Assembly (NCBI GenBank): GCA_028864975.1
Contig: JAGWLG010000002.1
Coordinates: 32,001-96,000 of the forward strand
Source: Thermoplasmata archaeon
GTDB lineage: Archaea > Thermoplasmatota > Thermoplasmata > Lutacidiplasmatales > UBA184
DNA: 64,000 bases
Reading direction: 5' to 3'
The notes beneath the pieces were generated by a model. That model did no database searches. It was not told where the DNA came from and worked only from the letters and a program-made list of their open reading frames with translations. The translations under genes were made by a program, and so were the position numbers. Shown here piece by piece: positions 53,684 through 62,129 of the stretch. The stretch's first letter is position 1, and each line of letters begins with the position of its first letter.

Positions 53684-54364
53684 ATGGCTCGCCCTGGGGA
53701 GCCCTCAGTGCGACCCGTCTTCGCCCTTGTCGGTTCGGCTATCCTGGTCCTTCTCGCGCTCCTCTCTTACTTCGTTGCGGCGGGGTTCCAGCAGCAGAAC
53801 AGCCTCTACCTCTCCTCTGGGCCCCTCTACACGGGAGGGGCGGGGTCGGCGGTGGTCGATCCCACCTCGTCGGAGGACACTTTCCTTCCGAACATCCCGG
53901 TGAACGTCACCGTGACCGACCTCCCGGCTGGGGCGACGGTCTACGCCTTCCCGTGTCCCACGGGGGTGACGAACTCGACCCAGTGTGCCAAGAGCGCCCC
54001 CTCGTTCATCGATTCCTGGACCGGCAACGGGGACGGGCACCCGGTCTTCCTCCACTTCAACGTCAACGTCGGGCACGCTTTCGTGCTCACGACCAATGCC
54101 GGCCGGGGTGCCCAGGTCGCCTACACGGCGAAGGTCCCGCTGTGGGCCCTCCAGACGTGGGTGGTCGTGATCGTCATGATCGTGGGGATCGTTCTGGTCG
54201 GGGTGGGCCTCTCCCGGGGGCACTCCTCGGGGTCGGCGGCCTCCTATGGCGAACCGGCCGGATACTCCTCACCCCCCCTTCGGCGGTTCTGCGAGACCTG
54301 CGGGAGCCGCTTCCCCGACGACATGACAATGTACTGCCCCTCCTGCGGCGCGCCCCGGATGTGA
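53684..54364 (+). CDS. Two-TM membrane protein with C-terminal zinc ribbon
   Basis: Two TM segments; C-terminal CETCG...CPSCG. Confidence 0.75.
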   Translation: MARPGEPSVRPVFALVGSAILVLLALLSYFVAAGFQQQNSLYLSSGPLYTGGAGSAVVDPTSSEDTFLPNIPVNVTVTDLPAGATVYAFPCPTGVTNSTQCAKSAPSFIDSWTGNGDGHPVFLHFNVNVGHAFVLTTNAGRGAQVAYTAKVPLWALQTWVVVIVMIVGIVLVGVGLSRGHSSGSAASYGEPAGYSSPPLRRFCETCGSRFPDDMTMYCPSCGAPRM

Positions 54365-54365
54365 G

Positions 54366-55640
54366 GTGGGAACGGTGAGAGAAGGTCTACTGTTCCCCGG
54401 TGTGGTCCTCACGGTCCTGATGATCCTGTTCGCCTTCGCTCCTCTCCCGAACGCTCCGTCCGGGCAGGTGAGCTCGGCCCGGGCGCTCACGGTGAAGCCC
54501 CCCGCCTTCCCCTACTCGGAGGAGACGCCGATCAGCGTCAGCTGGAACGGGGGGAACGCTAGCACCTTCCTCGAGATCATCCCGTGCCTGGACTCGAACT
54601 GCTCTGCCGGGCCGAAGGCCCCCGTCACCGCGCCGCTCACGGTCAACGGAGGGGCCGTTGTGGCCAACGGGAGCTCGGGCGGCTTCACGGTCTGGGTCTC
54701 CACGACGCTGAGCCTGCTCATCGTGACGAACTCTCTCGCGCCGCTCAGCGTCACCGTGACGTGGAACGAGATGCCGGAGTTCGGGTTGCTCTGGGAGATC
54801 CTGACGGTCGTGGGCATCCTCCTCACGATCGGCGGGATGGTGCTCCCCGAGCACGGGGCCCCCCGCGGGCACCACCGGCGGCTTTCCTACGCCCACTGGA
54901 GGCACCACGCCTTCGCGCTCCCCCCTCACCTTCCCTCGACGGGGCTGACCTGCTCCGCCTGCGGGCTCTCGGACATCCCGCACGAGGACGACTTCTGCCC
55001 GCGTTGCCAAGCCCCCTTGCCGCGGGCCTCGACGGTCGTCCCCGGTCCTCCGTCGACCGCGGCGGCCGCCCCGGCCTCCCCCGCACGCCCCCGTGGCGCG
55101 GAGATGGCGGCGGGGACCGCCGCGGCGGCGTCGGCGGCCGGCACGGTGGCCGCCGTGCCCCCCAAGAAGCGCGTCGCGGTGAACAAGTCGAAGGTCGCGG
55201 GGCAGTCGCTCTCCGTCGCCGACCCCGACCCGCTACGACCCTGGCGCGTGATGAAGGGCCTCGGGTTCGCTCCCGAAGAGGCCGTCGTCTTCACCCGCGA
55301 GGACCCGGTGGTCCTGGAGGAGAAGTACCACCTGACCGCTCAGCAGGTCCACATCATCAGCCGCACCGAAGGGGAGGGGACGATCTCCCCCTCGGAGTGC
55401 GACAAGATCGCGGACCTCGCCGACCAGCATCTTCGCAGCCACGCGGGGGGCGTCGTGGTCCTGACCGACCCGAACTACTTCGTGACCCACGGTGGGTTCG
55501 ACGTGCTTCGTAGGTTGGTGCTCGCGATCCAGGACCACGCCCGCGAGCAACGCGGGACCTTCATCCTCGCCTTCAACCCGTCGGTCTTCACGCCCGACCA
55601 GCGAGCGCAGCTCGAGGAGCGGATGCGCAAGGTCGTGTGA
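54366..55640 (+). CDS. Two-TM membrane protein with zinc ribbon and C-terminal DUF835-like domain
   Basis: Two TM segments; His-rich loop; CSACG..CPRCQ; FTREDP, ISRTEGEGTISP, GGVVVLTDPNYFVTHGGFDVLRRLVLAIQD. Confidence 0.75.
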   Translation: MGTVREGLLFPGVVLTVLMILFAFAPLPNAPSGQVSSARALTVKPPAFPYSEETPISVSWNGGNASTFLEIIPCLDSNCSAGPKAPVTAPLTVNGGAVVANGSSGGFTVWVSTTLSLLIVTNSLAPLSVTVTWNEMPEFGLLWEILTVVGILLTIGGMVLPEHGAPRGHHRRLSYAHWRHHAFALPPHLPSTGLTCSACGLSDIPHEDDFCPRCQAPLPRASTVVPGPPSTAAAAPASPARPRGAEMAAGTAAAASAAGTVAAVPPKKRVAVNKSKVAGQSLSVADPDPLRPWRVMKGLGFAPEEAVVFTREDPVVLEEKYHLTAQQVHIISRTEGEGTISPSECDKIADLADQHLRSHAGGVVVLTDPNYFVTHGGFDVLRRLVLAIQDHAREQRGTFILAFNPSVFTPDQRAQLEERMRKVV

Positions 55641-56188
55641 CCGACGGCATTACCCCTGCTGCACCGCTCCGATTCCGTCCGACCCGACGCCTCGAGCGCT
55701 CCCCCCATGGGGAGCGGCTGTTGGAGGCGGCGCTCGAGGTCGCTCCGGCCTTCCCCGAGCTTGCGGGAGAGGTCCGGTTGGACCTGCTCCCCAGCTCCTC
55801 CCGCTACCGTGGGCTGACCTTCGCGCTGGAGCGGCCGCCGAGGGTGGCCGTTCGACCTCACAGCCGGACGCCGATCGCGCTCCGCGCGACGTTGGCGCAC
55901 GAGTTCGTCCACCTGCTGCAGCCCCCCCATGGGGACATCCCCGGAGGGGAGCGCTCGTGCGACCTCTACGCGATGGCGAGAGTGGGGAGCCGATACCCGC
56001 ACCCCCCCGCCTATCTTCGACTTCCCCGGGGGCTCGCCCGCGCGTGGGCGCAATGGGCACCCCTGGCCCAGACGCTGGCGCGGGAGTCGTTGGAGCGGCG
56101 GGAAGCGGGGGAACGACGCTACATCGTCGACTGGGAGCGGCGCTTGCGCGACGCGGCGAAGGATGTAGCGACGACGCCGGGGAACTGA
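55637..56188 (+). CDS. Zincin-like HEXXH protein
   Basis: TLAHEFVHLLQ, E-x-x-CD; GTGA overlap with the upstream gene. Confidence 0.65.
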   Translation: MTDGITPAAPLRFRPTRRLERSPHGERLLEAALEVAPAFPELAGEVRLDLLPSSSRYRGLTFALERPPRVAVRPHSRTPIALRATLAHEFVHLLQPPHGDIPGGERSCDLYAMARVGSRYPHPPAYLRLPRGLARAWAQWAPLAQTLARESLERREAGERRYIVDWERRLRDAAKDVATTPGN

Positions 56189-56265
56189 GGAGGGCCGCTA
56201 CTTCCGCGCGGACCGTTCTCCGGCGACATTTTGCGTCCCGAAGAATCCCGCCGTTCCGCCGCCAG

Positions 56266-56273
56266 TATAAATA
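56266..56273 (+). promoter_or_regulatory. TATA box
   Basis: TATAAATA, 31 nt upstream of ATG 56304. Confidence 0.6.
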
Positions 56274-56303
56274 TCCACCCTGCCGCTATGGTAAAGGCAC
56301 GCC

Positions 56304-58904
56304 ATGGCGGAAGCGTCCCAACGCTCGACGCTTCCCCCGCAGGGGAAGGAGTCCCTCGCCCGGGAAGCGCGGGTGGACAGGTTCGAATCCGAGCTCAAGA
56401 TCACCCACGAGCAGGCGGTCCGGCTCGAAGAGGCAGGGTACCGGTCCCCGGACGAGGTACGGCTCTCGGAGCCCGAACGCCTCTCGAAGCTGGACTTCTC
56501 CGACGAGGAGATCAAGCGCCTTCGGGAGGGGGAGCCGACGGCGGCCGAGGGCGGCGAAGCCCCTTCCGATGCGCTGCTCGAGAAGTGGCTCCAGGACCGC
56601 AAGCGCTCGGGGTCCGATCGTGCTGCGCGCGGGAAACGTCCGAAGGGGCTCGCCGGGAAGAACGCGCCCGGCGCGGACCTGCTCAAGCGATGGGTGGCAG
56701 GCGACGACAGCGTGATGGACGCCTGGATCAAGGAGGAGCCGGCGAAGGCCGCGGCGGGCGGGACGGCGTCTGCCGGGGGGCCGCCGGGACCCGCTGCTCC
56801 GACATCCCCCTCCAACACCCCTGCGCCTTCCCCGGGCTCCTCGGAGACCCTCGCCCCTTCGCCGCCCTCTCCTCCCCCCACCCCTCCCGCCACCGAAAGC
56901 GCGGGGCCGACCCCTTCCGTCACCTCGGTGGCCCCCGTTCCTTCCGGCCCCACGGCCCCTGGCGCGCCCGGCGCGGTCGGTCCTGCGGGACCCGCGGCCC
57001 CCTCGGCTCCTGCTGCTCCCCCTGCGGGAGAGGTCCCAGCACCCAAGGAGGGGGGGAAAGCACGGCCCCCACCGCTTCGGGCGAAGGCCGCCGCCGCGGC
57101 AGGGGCGGCTCCTGCCGTCGCAGGGGCCGAGATCTCGGACCTGCGGGCCCGGGAAGAGACGGTCCTGAAGTGGCTGACCGAGCTCTTGGACAAGGCCAAG
57201 GCCGAGAACTTCGACCCGGGACAGCTGCTGCGGGAGGCCCAGGACCTGACGCGTCAGCTCCACGAGGAGCGCGGACGACGGCGGGAGCTCGAGGAGGAGC
57301 TCGAGCACGTGAAGAAGGGCTCCGTGGCGGTGATCAAGTACGTCCGCAACCGCGAGGCGCGGGCCCGGGAGGAGGCCATTGCCGCCAAGGAGGCGGACAT
57401 CTTGGAGCTCCGCCGCCAGCTGGAGAGCGCCCGCGCCTCCGGTTCCTCCCTCGACACCCAGAAGGTCCTCGCGGAACGCGACGAGAAGATCCGTTCTCTG
57501 GAGGAGGACCTCGACAAGGCGAAGACCGTCGCCGGGACCTCCACGGGGGCCCAGCACGAGCTCACCGCCCGGTTCCAGGAGGAGATGGAAAAGAAGGACC
57601 GGGACTTCGCGGAGAAGGAGGCCGAGCTCAAGCGCAAGGTGATCAAGGCCGAGGAGGAGGTCCAGAAGGTCCGCAGCGCACAGGAGCTCGCCGAGCGCCA
57701 CGCGCAGCTCGCCAAGATGGACGAGAAGAACCTGACCAGCGAGCTCAAGTCGAAGCTCGCGACGGTGGAGGCCCGGGAGAGGTCCATCGTCACCAAGGAG
57801 ACCGAGTTCAAGACGAAGATCGAAGAGCTGATGGTCAAGGCCGACGAGTTCGAAAAGAAGAGGGCCCCGATGGCCTACAAGGAACAGGAGCTCATCCGAT
57901 GGGAGGAGGAGCTGCGCGTCAAGGAGGGGACCGTCAAGGCCCAGATGCGGGAGGTCGAGCAGGCGAAGAAGGAGGGGACGAACGTCGAGGAGCGCGACAA
58001 GCTGCGCCGCCTGGAGGACCTCAAGGCCGAGATCCAGAAGAAAGAGGACGAGATGCGCCAGAAGGAGGCGTACCTCAACCAGAAGCTGGAGGAGCTCGAG
58101 CGGAAGGAGCGCGACGTCACTGAGGAGGAGATCGAGCGCGCCCGCGAGGACCTGAAGGCGGAGGTCGCGCAGAACAAGGTCAAGACCGGCGTGAACCGGC
58201 TGGACGACCTGCTCCTGGGCGGGGTTCCGCTGGGGACGAGCGTCCTGGTCAACGCGCCCTCCCACACGGGGAAGGACGTGATGGCCCGCCTGATGGCGGC
58301 CGAGGGCCTGAAGAAGGGCGTCCCGATCCTCTGGATCCTCTCCGACAAGGCCACCTCCACGCTACGGGAGGAGATGACGGCGGTCCTGCCGTCGTACCTG
58401 GAGTACGAGAAGAAGGGGCTCGTGCGCTACGTGGACCTCTACTCGATGAGCCTCGGGATCACCACCGCCGACCCGCTGGTCACGATGCTCTCCACCGAGG
58501 ACAAGAACTTCTTGGAGAGCCTCTCGAAGGCCGTCGACGAGGTCGCGGCGGACTTCCGCAAGAAGGCGGAGTACTACCGTCTCATCTTCGAGACCGTGAG
58601 CACGGTCACCGCCTACCTGGACGACGCGCAGTCCTCCTTCCGTTTCCTGCAGCCCTTCGTGGGGCGGCGGAAGCGCGACAAGGCCGTCGCCTACTACCTG
58701 GTCGACACGGGGATGCACAGCGAGAACGACATCCAAGTGCTCGAGCACATGATGGACGGCTCGGTCAACCTGAAGGTCGACCAGCTCAAGACCTATCTCG
58801 CGGTCAAGGGGCTCGGGGATGTCGCGAGCCGCGCGTGGATCGCCTACACCTTCACGAAGAAGGTGTTCAACATCGGCTCCTTCTCGTTGGACCACATTCG
58901 CTAG
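56304..58904 (+). CDS. Coiled-coil protein with C-terminal KaiC/RAD55-like ATPase domain
   Basis: N-terminal HhH-like segment, Pro/Ala linker, about 330 aa coiled coil, KTGVNRLDDLLLGGVP, APSHTGKD, EHMMDGSVNLK. Confidence 0.82.
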   Translation: MAEASQRSTLPPQGKESLAREARVDRFESELKITHEQAVRLEEAGYRSPDEVRLSEPERLSKLDFSDEEIKRLREGEPTAAEGGEAPSDALLEKWLQDRKRSGSDRAARGKRPKGLAGKNAPGADLLKRWVAGDDSVMDAWIKEEPAKAAAGGTASAGGPPGPAAPTSPSNTPAPSPGSSETLAPSPPSPPPTPPATESAGPTPSVTSVAPVPSGPTAPGAPGAVGPAGPAAPSAPAAPPAGEVPAPKEGGKARPPPLRAKAAAAAGAAPAVAGAEISDLRAREETVLKWLTELLDKAKAENFDPGQLLREAQDLTRQLHEERGRRRELEEELEHVKKGSVAVIKYVRNREARAREEAIAAKEADILELRRQLESARASGSSLDTQKVLAERDEKIRSLEEDLDKAKTVAGTSTGAQHELTARFQEEMEKKDRDFAEKEAELKRKVIKAEEEVQKVRSAQELAERHAQLAKMDEKNLTSELKSKLATVEARERSIVTKETEFKTKIEELMVKADEFEKKRAPMAYKEQELIRWEEELRVKEGTVKAQMREVEQAKKEGTNVEERDKLRRLEDLKAEIQKKEDEMRQKEAYLNQKLEELERKERDVTEEEIERAREDLKAEVAQNKVKTGVNRLDDLLLGGVPLGTSVLVNAPSHTGKDVMARLMAAEGLKKGVPILWILSDKATSTLREEMTAVLPSYLEYEKKGLVRYVDLYSMSLGITTADPLVTMLSTEDKNFLESLSKAVDEVAADFRKKAEYYRLIFETVSTVTAYLDDAQSSFRFLQPFVGRRKRDKAVAYYLVDTGMHSENDIQVLEHMMDGSVNLKVDQLKTYLAVKGLGDVASRAWIAYTFTKKVFNIGSFSLDHIR

Positions 58905-59045
58905 GGCACGCGGCGCCGGTGCGGCCCCGGTGGAGGCAGAGCATCTCAGGGGGCGCGAGGGCTCGGGTTCGACCATTCACGGTGGCGGACATGGCCCCCA
59001 GGGCACTCCCCAAAGAGGATGTCCAAGTGTTGCCCTAGTTCGTAC

Positions 59046-59942
59046 GTGCTCCAGCGGGTCCTGCGAGGGTTGGTCTGTCCGCCGTGCCGCGCAACGCTGG
59101 ACCGCGACTACCCTTCCGAGAAGGTGGGCGGGCGGGTCCGGATGGCCGAGCTACGCTGTCGGAAATGCCGCGCGGTCTACGCTGTCGAGGAAGGGGTCGG
59201 CCTCTTCTCCGCCCCCCGCAAGGTCGGGCTGGAGTGGCGCTCCGACCCGGGGCTCCTCACACGGCCTCCCGATGAGAGGCTGTGGGCCAACTACCTTGCG
59301 AGCCTGCCCCCGGAGGTGCCGGCGGCCTACGAGGCCGCCAGTCGAGAGATCGTGGGGACCGCGGTGGGCCTGGACGGGCTCGTGGTGGACCTCGCCACCT
59401 GCCGCGGGCACGTCCTACGTCCGCTCGCCGCTCGGAGCGGGGCCCACCAGATGCTCCTGGGGACCGACCCTGAGGTCGCCCGTCTCTACGCGACGCAGGC
59501 CGCGCTCCGCCAGGAGCGGCACTACACCAACGTCTCGCTCATGGAGATGGACGGGACCCGCTGGCCTCTTCGTGATGCTGGGGTCTCGGGGGTCATCTCG
59601 TTCTACGGCCCCTCGATGCTCCCCCACGGGCGGCGTCTGCTCCGGGAGGTCGCTCGGGTCCTCCGCCCAGGGGCGCCCTTCCTGTTCTCGACGTTGCTCA
59701 CCGATGCCGGGACCCTGACCCTGAGGTCGGCGACCCGCCAGGGCACGGGGGAACTGTTGACGGAACCGAGGCTCAAGACCGCGCTCTCGCGCTGCGGGCT
59801 CCAGCTCGAGCGTTGGGAGGTCCTCGCGGAGGGAGATGCCTGGGGCCGCACGGCTTACGACCCCTTGCCCGTGGCCGGGGACCCGTGGAAGCACGTCCTC
59901 GTTCACACCCATCGCCGGCTCGAGCGGCCGCAGATGTCGTAG
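59046..59942 (+). CDS. Trm112-like zinc-finger plus methyltransferase-fold protein
   Basis: LVCPPCRATL...LRCRKCRAVYAVEEGV; VVDLATCRG; RVLRPGAPF; GTG start inferred. Confidence 0.7.
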   Translation: MLQRVLRGLVCPPCRATLDRDYPSEKVGGRVRMAELRCRKCRAVYAVEEGVGLFSAPRKVGLEWRSDPGLLTRPPDERLWANYLASLPPEVPAAYEAASREIVGTAVGLDGLVVDLATCRGHVLRPLAARSGAHQMLLGTDPEVARLYATQAALRQERHYTNVSLMEMDGTRWPLRDAGVSGVISFYGPSMLPHGRRLLREVARVLRPGAPFLFSTLLTDAGTLTLRSATRQGTGELLTEPRLKTALSRCGLQLERWEVLAEGDAWGRTAYDPLPVAGDPWKHVLVHTHRRLERPQMS

Positions 59943-59967
59943 AGCGCGGGGGCCCGGGGCACGGAGC

Positions 59968-60366
59968 GTGAGCGGAAACCCGAGCGAGGAGGGACCCGAG
60001 CCTCCGTTCCCGAGGTTGCACGCCGTCGCCGCCCCCGTGGTCGTCGCGGGTCTGATCGGGCTCGTGGTCGGGGCGCTCCTGCTCGTCGCGTGTACCCCCT
60101 CGTCTACTTCTGCCCCCTGCGGCGGAGCCAACGCGACCTGCCTCCCCTCAGGGAACTGCCCCTTTGGACCCGATGGCGTGGTCCTGCTCACCGCCGGGCT
60201 CGTCGCGTTGACGGTCGGGATCATCGGGCTGTGGGGGAGGCGTCCGGGGGAGGAGCCTCACCCCGAGCGCCCTGCGGCTCGGCCACCCCCTGACACCGCG
60301 CTCACCCGCATGGAGCAGGAAGCGCACGAACATCGAGAGTCCGCACGGCTCGAACGGGATCGATAG
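59968..60366 (+). CDS. Small 2-TM membrane protein with Cys-rich loop
   Basis: Two hydrophobic segments bracketing C..C..C..C. Confidence 0.45.
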   Translation: MSGNPSEEGPEPPFPRLHAVAAPVVVAGLIGLVVGALLLVACTPSSTSAPCGGANATCLPSGNCPFGPDGVVLLTAGLVALTVGIIGLWGRRPGEEPHPERPAARPPPDTALTRMEQEAHEHRESARLERDR

Positions 60367-60387
60367 GACCGCGGCCCCGTCCCTGGG

Positions 60388-60395
60388 TATTTATA
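60388..60395 (+). promoter_or_regulatory. TATA box of the SRP RNA gene
   Basis: TATTTATA, about 29 nt upstream of the predicted 5' end. Confidence 0.7.
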
Positions 60396-60416
60396 CCGCA
60401 GGTCGGCTTCGCTCGC

Positions 60417-60729
60417 TGCTAGGCTTGACCGGGGGGTTAGGCGTCCCCTTGTACACCAGCATCGTCTTCAGTGGGGGTGACAGCCAGGGACGGCGTCGGG
60501 CGGATCCGGTCGCTCGTTCAGTTCCGTGGAAGCTCTGTTCCATCAGGTCGCGGGCACTGCGACGGGCCCTCGGAGGAGGGCCCTAGCGGTTACCCATCAT
60601 GGGTACCGGGTCAGGTCCTGACGGGAGCAGCCCTACCATGACCCGTCGACGCCGATGGGGCAACGGGGCGGAGGAACGGTTCGAGGCTCACGGCCGGACC
60701 CTCACGGCGTCAACCCTGGTGGCCTAGCA
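60417..60729 (+). ncRNA. ffs: Archaeal signal recognition particle (7S) RNA
   Basis: Terminal pairing TGCTAGGC/GCCTAGCA; Alu-like GGGGGGTTAGGCGTCCCC-TTGTA; helix 6 GGGCCCTC-GGAG-GAGGGCCC (60564-60583); helix 8 CAGG-TCC-TGAC-GGG-AGCAG (60612-60630); about 313 nt. Confidence 0.9.
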
Positions 60730-60794
60730 TCCGACCCAAGGGTCGTCCGAGGTCGCGGCACGCTTAAGGTTCTGCGCAGCTGCCCTCCCCTTCG

Positions 60795-61094
60795 ATGATC
60801 ACCTACATCGACCTGTTCTTTCCGTCGCAGGGTCCGACCGCAGGCGAGGTCGCTCAGCTCCTGAAGGAGAAGGCGGGGCTTTCGTTCATCAAGGGCCCCC
60901 ATGACATCTGCTTCCAGTGGGGAAGTTTCGAGGAGTTCACGGAGTCGATCGAGAAGATCCATTCCGCGCTCCAGGGAACTGGGGTCATCTACCGTTTCGT
61001 CTCGAGCGAGGAGGAGAGCGGCAGCTTCGAGGACCTGGTCGGCTGGCCCCCCATGGGGGTGCCCTCCCACCCGTCCACACGGCGGGAGCGCTAG
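60795..61094 (+). CDS. Small conserved hypothetical protein (paralog 1)
   Basis: Co-linear similarity to 61218-61508; TTAAG upstream. Confidence 0.75.
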   Translation: MITYIDLFFPSQGPTAGEVAQLLKEKAGLSFIKGPHDICFQWGSFEEFTESIEKIHSALQGTGVIYRFVSSEEESGSFEDLVGWPPMGVPSHPSTRRER

Positions 61095-61217
61095 GTCCGC
61101 GCCCTCCCGACCCCCCCACCCCCCCTCTGCGAGTGGAGATGGGGAACATCGAACGGCCCGTTGCGACCCCCGAGGGCAGCTTATAGTTGGGCGTGAGATG
61201 CAGAACTAGAGGAAACC

Positions 61218-61508
61218 GTGCGTACCTACGTGGACATCTACTTCAGTGCCGCGGGAGCCTCTCCGATGAAGGTTGCCGAGGCCCTGAAGAAGGAGGTCGG
61301 GCTCTCGTTCGTGTTCGGAGAACACGACTTCGTCATCAACTGGCAGACAACGGAAGAGCTCTTCGAGATCATCCACAGGATGAACGAAGTACTTCGTCCC
61401 ATGGGGGTCTACTTCCGATTCGAGTCGCACGAGGAGCAAGAGGAGGAGCCTGAGCTCCGGGAGTTCTCCTGGCCACCCATGTTGCCTTCCTCCCCTGGGG
61501 AACGCTAG
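61218..61508 (+). CDS. Small conserved hypothetical protein (paralog 2)
   Basis: Shares TY-D-F, GLSF--G-HD, GV--RF-S, an acidic run and WPPM with the upstream gene; GAGG RBS. Confidence 0.75.
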   Translation: MRTYVDIYFSAAGASPMKVAEALKKEVGLSFVFGEHDFVINWQTTEELFEIIHRMNEVLRPMGVYFRFESHEEQEEEPELREFSWPPMLPSSPGER

Positions 61509-61521
61509 TAGCGTTAGGGAG

Positions 61522-61995
61522 TCACGTCGAGCGAGCGGCGGCGGGCCAGCCTTCCGACGCTGGGTCCACGAGCGTTCGGGTGAAGCTCGCTCTCAGTCCA
61601 TCCGAGAGAGGCTTCTTTTCCAAGCGCTTGTAGTCGTAGGCGACCTGGACGGAGCGTGCCCTCATCAGGACCGTTCCGGTCGCTTCGTCGCTGAACCGGT
61701 AGAGGAGTTCCCAGCTGGTCCTTCCGACGTGAGAGGGAGCGACCTCTCCTAGGACCCTGTGAGCATACCGGACCGGGACGAAGTAGCGGGCTCCCGCCTC
61801 CGCAAGAATGAAATCGATCTCCATCGGGTCCTTGAGCCCGGAGAGGTGCATGTAGTGGTGGAGCCGCAAGGTCTCCATCCACGTGAAGACGACCGAGTTG
61901 TTGACATGACCCGCCAGGTCGAGGTCGCGGAAGGTCACTTCGAAAGGCTCGTGGAAGCTCCAACGCTCCCGCGCCGTTACCTCCTGCGTACCCAT
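61522..61995 (-). CDS. Acyl-CoA thioesterase (4HBT/YbgC hotdog family)
   Basis: VTFRDLDLAGHVNNSVVFTWMETLR, VGRTSW, VAYDY. Confidence 0.88.
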   Translation of the reverse strand: MGTQEVTARERWSFHEPFEVTFRDLDLAGHVNNSVVFTWMETLRLHHYMHLSGLKDPMEIDFILAEAGARYFVPVRYAHRVLGEVAPSHVGRTSWELLYRFSDEATGTVLMRARSVQVAYDYKRLEKKPLSDGLRASFTRTLVDPASEGWPAAARST

Positions 61996-62129
61996 GATGC
62001 TCCTTCCTCGGAGGGCGCCGGCCGCAAGAGGATATAGGCCTCTCCGCTCCTCCCCCGCTCCGTGATGTCCCACGTGGACCTCCCCACGGACCCGGGGGTC
62101 TCCACTCGCAGCCAAGGGGGGGGAGGGTC

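Noticed and set aside
60401-60736. Extra GGTCGG/CCGACC complementarity flanking the SRP RNA as a bulge-helix-bulge processing or circularisation signal
   Set aside because: The 5' arm lies upstream of the TSS implied by the TATA box, and the geometry is not bulge-helix-bulge.
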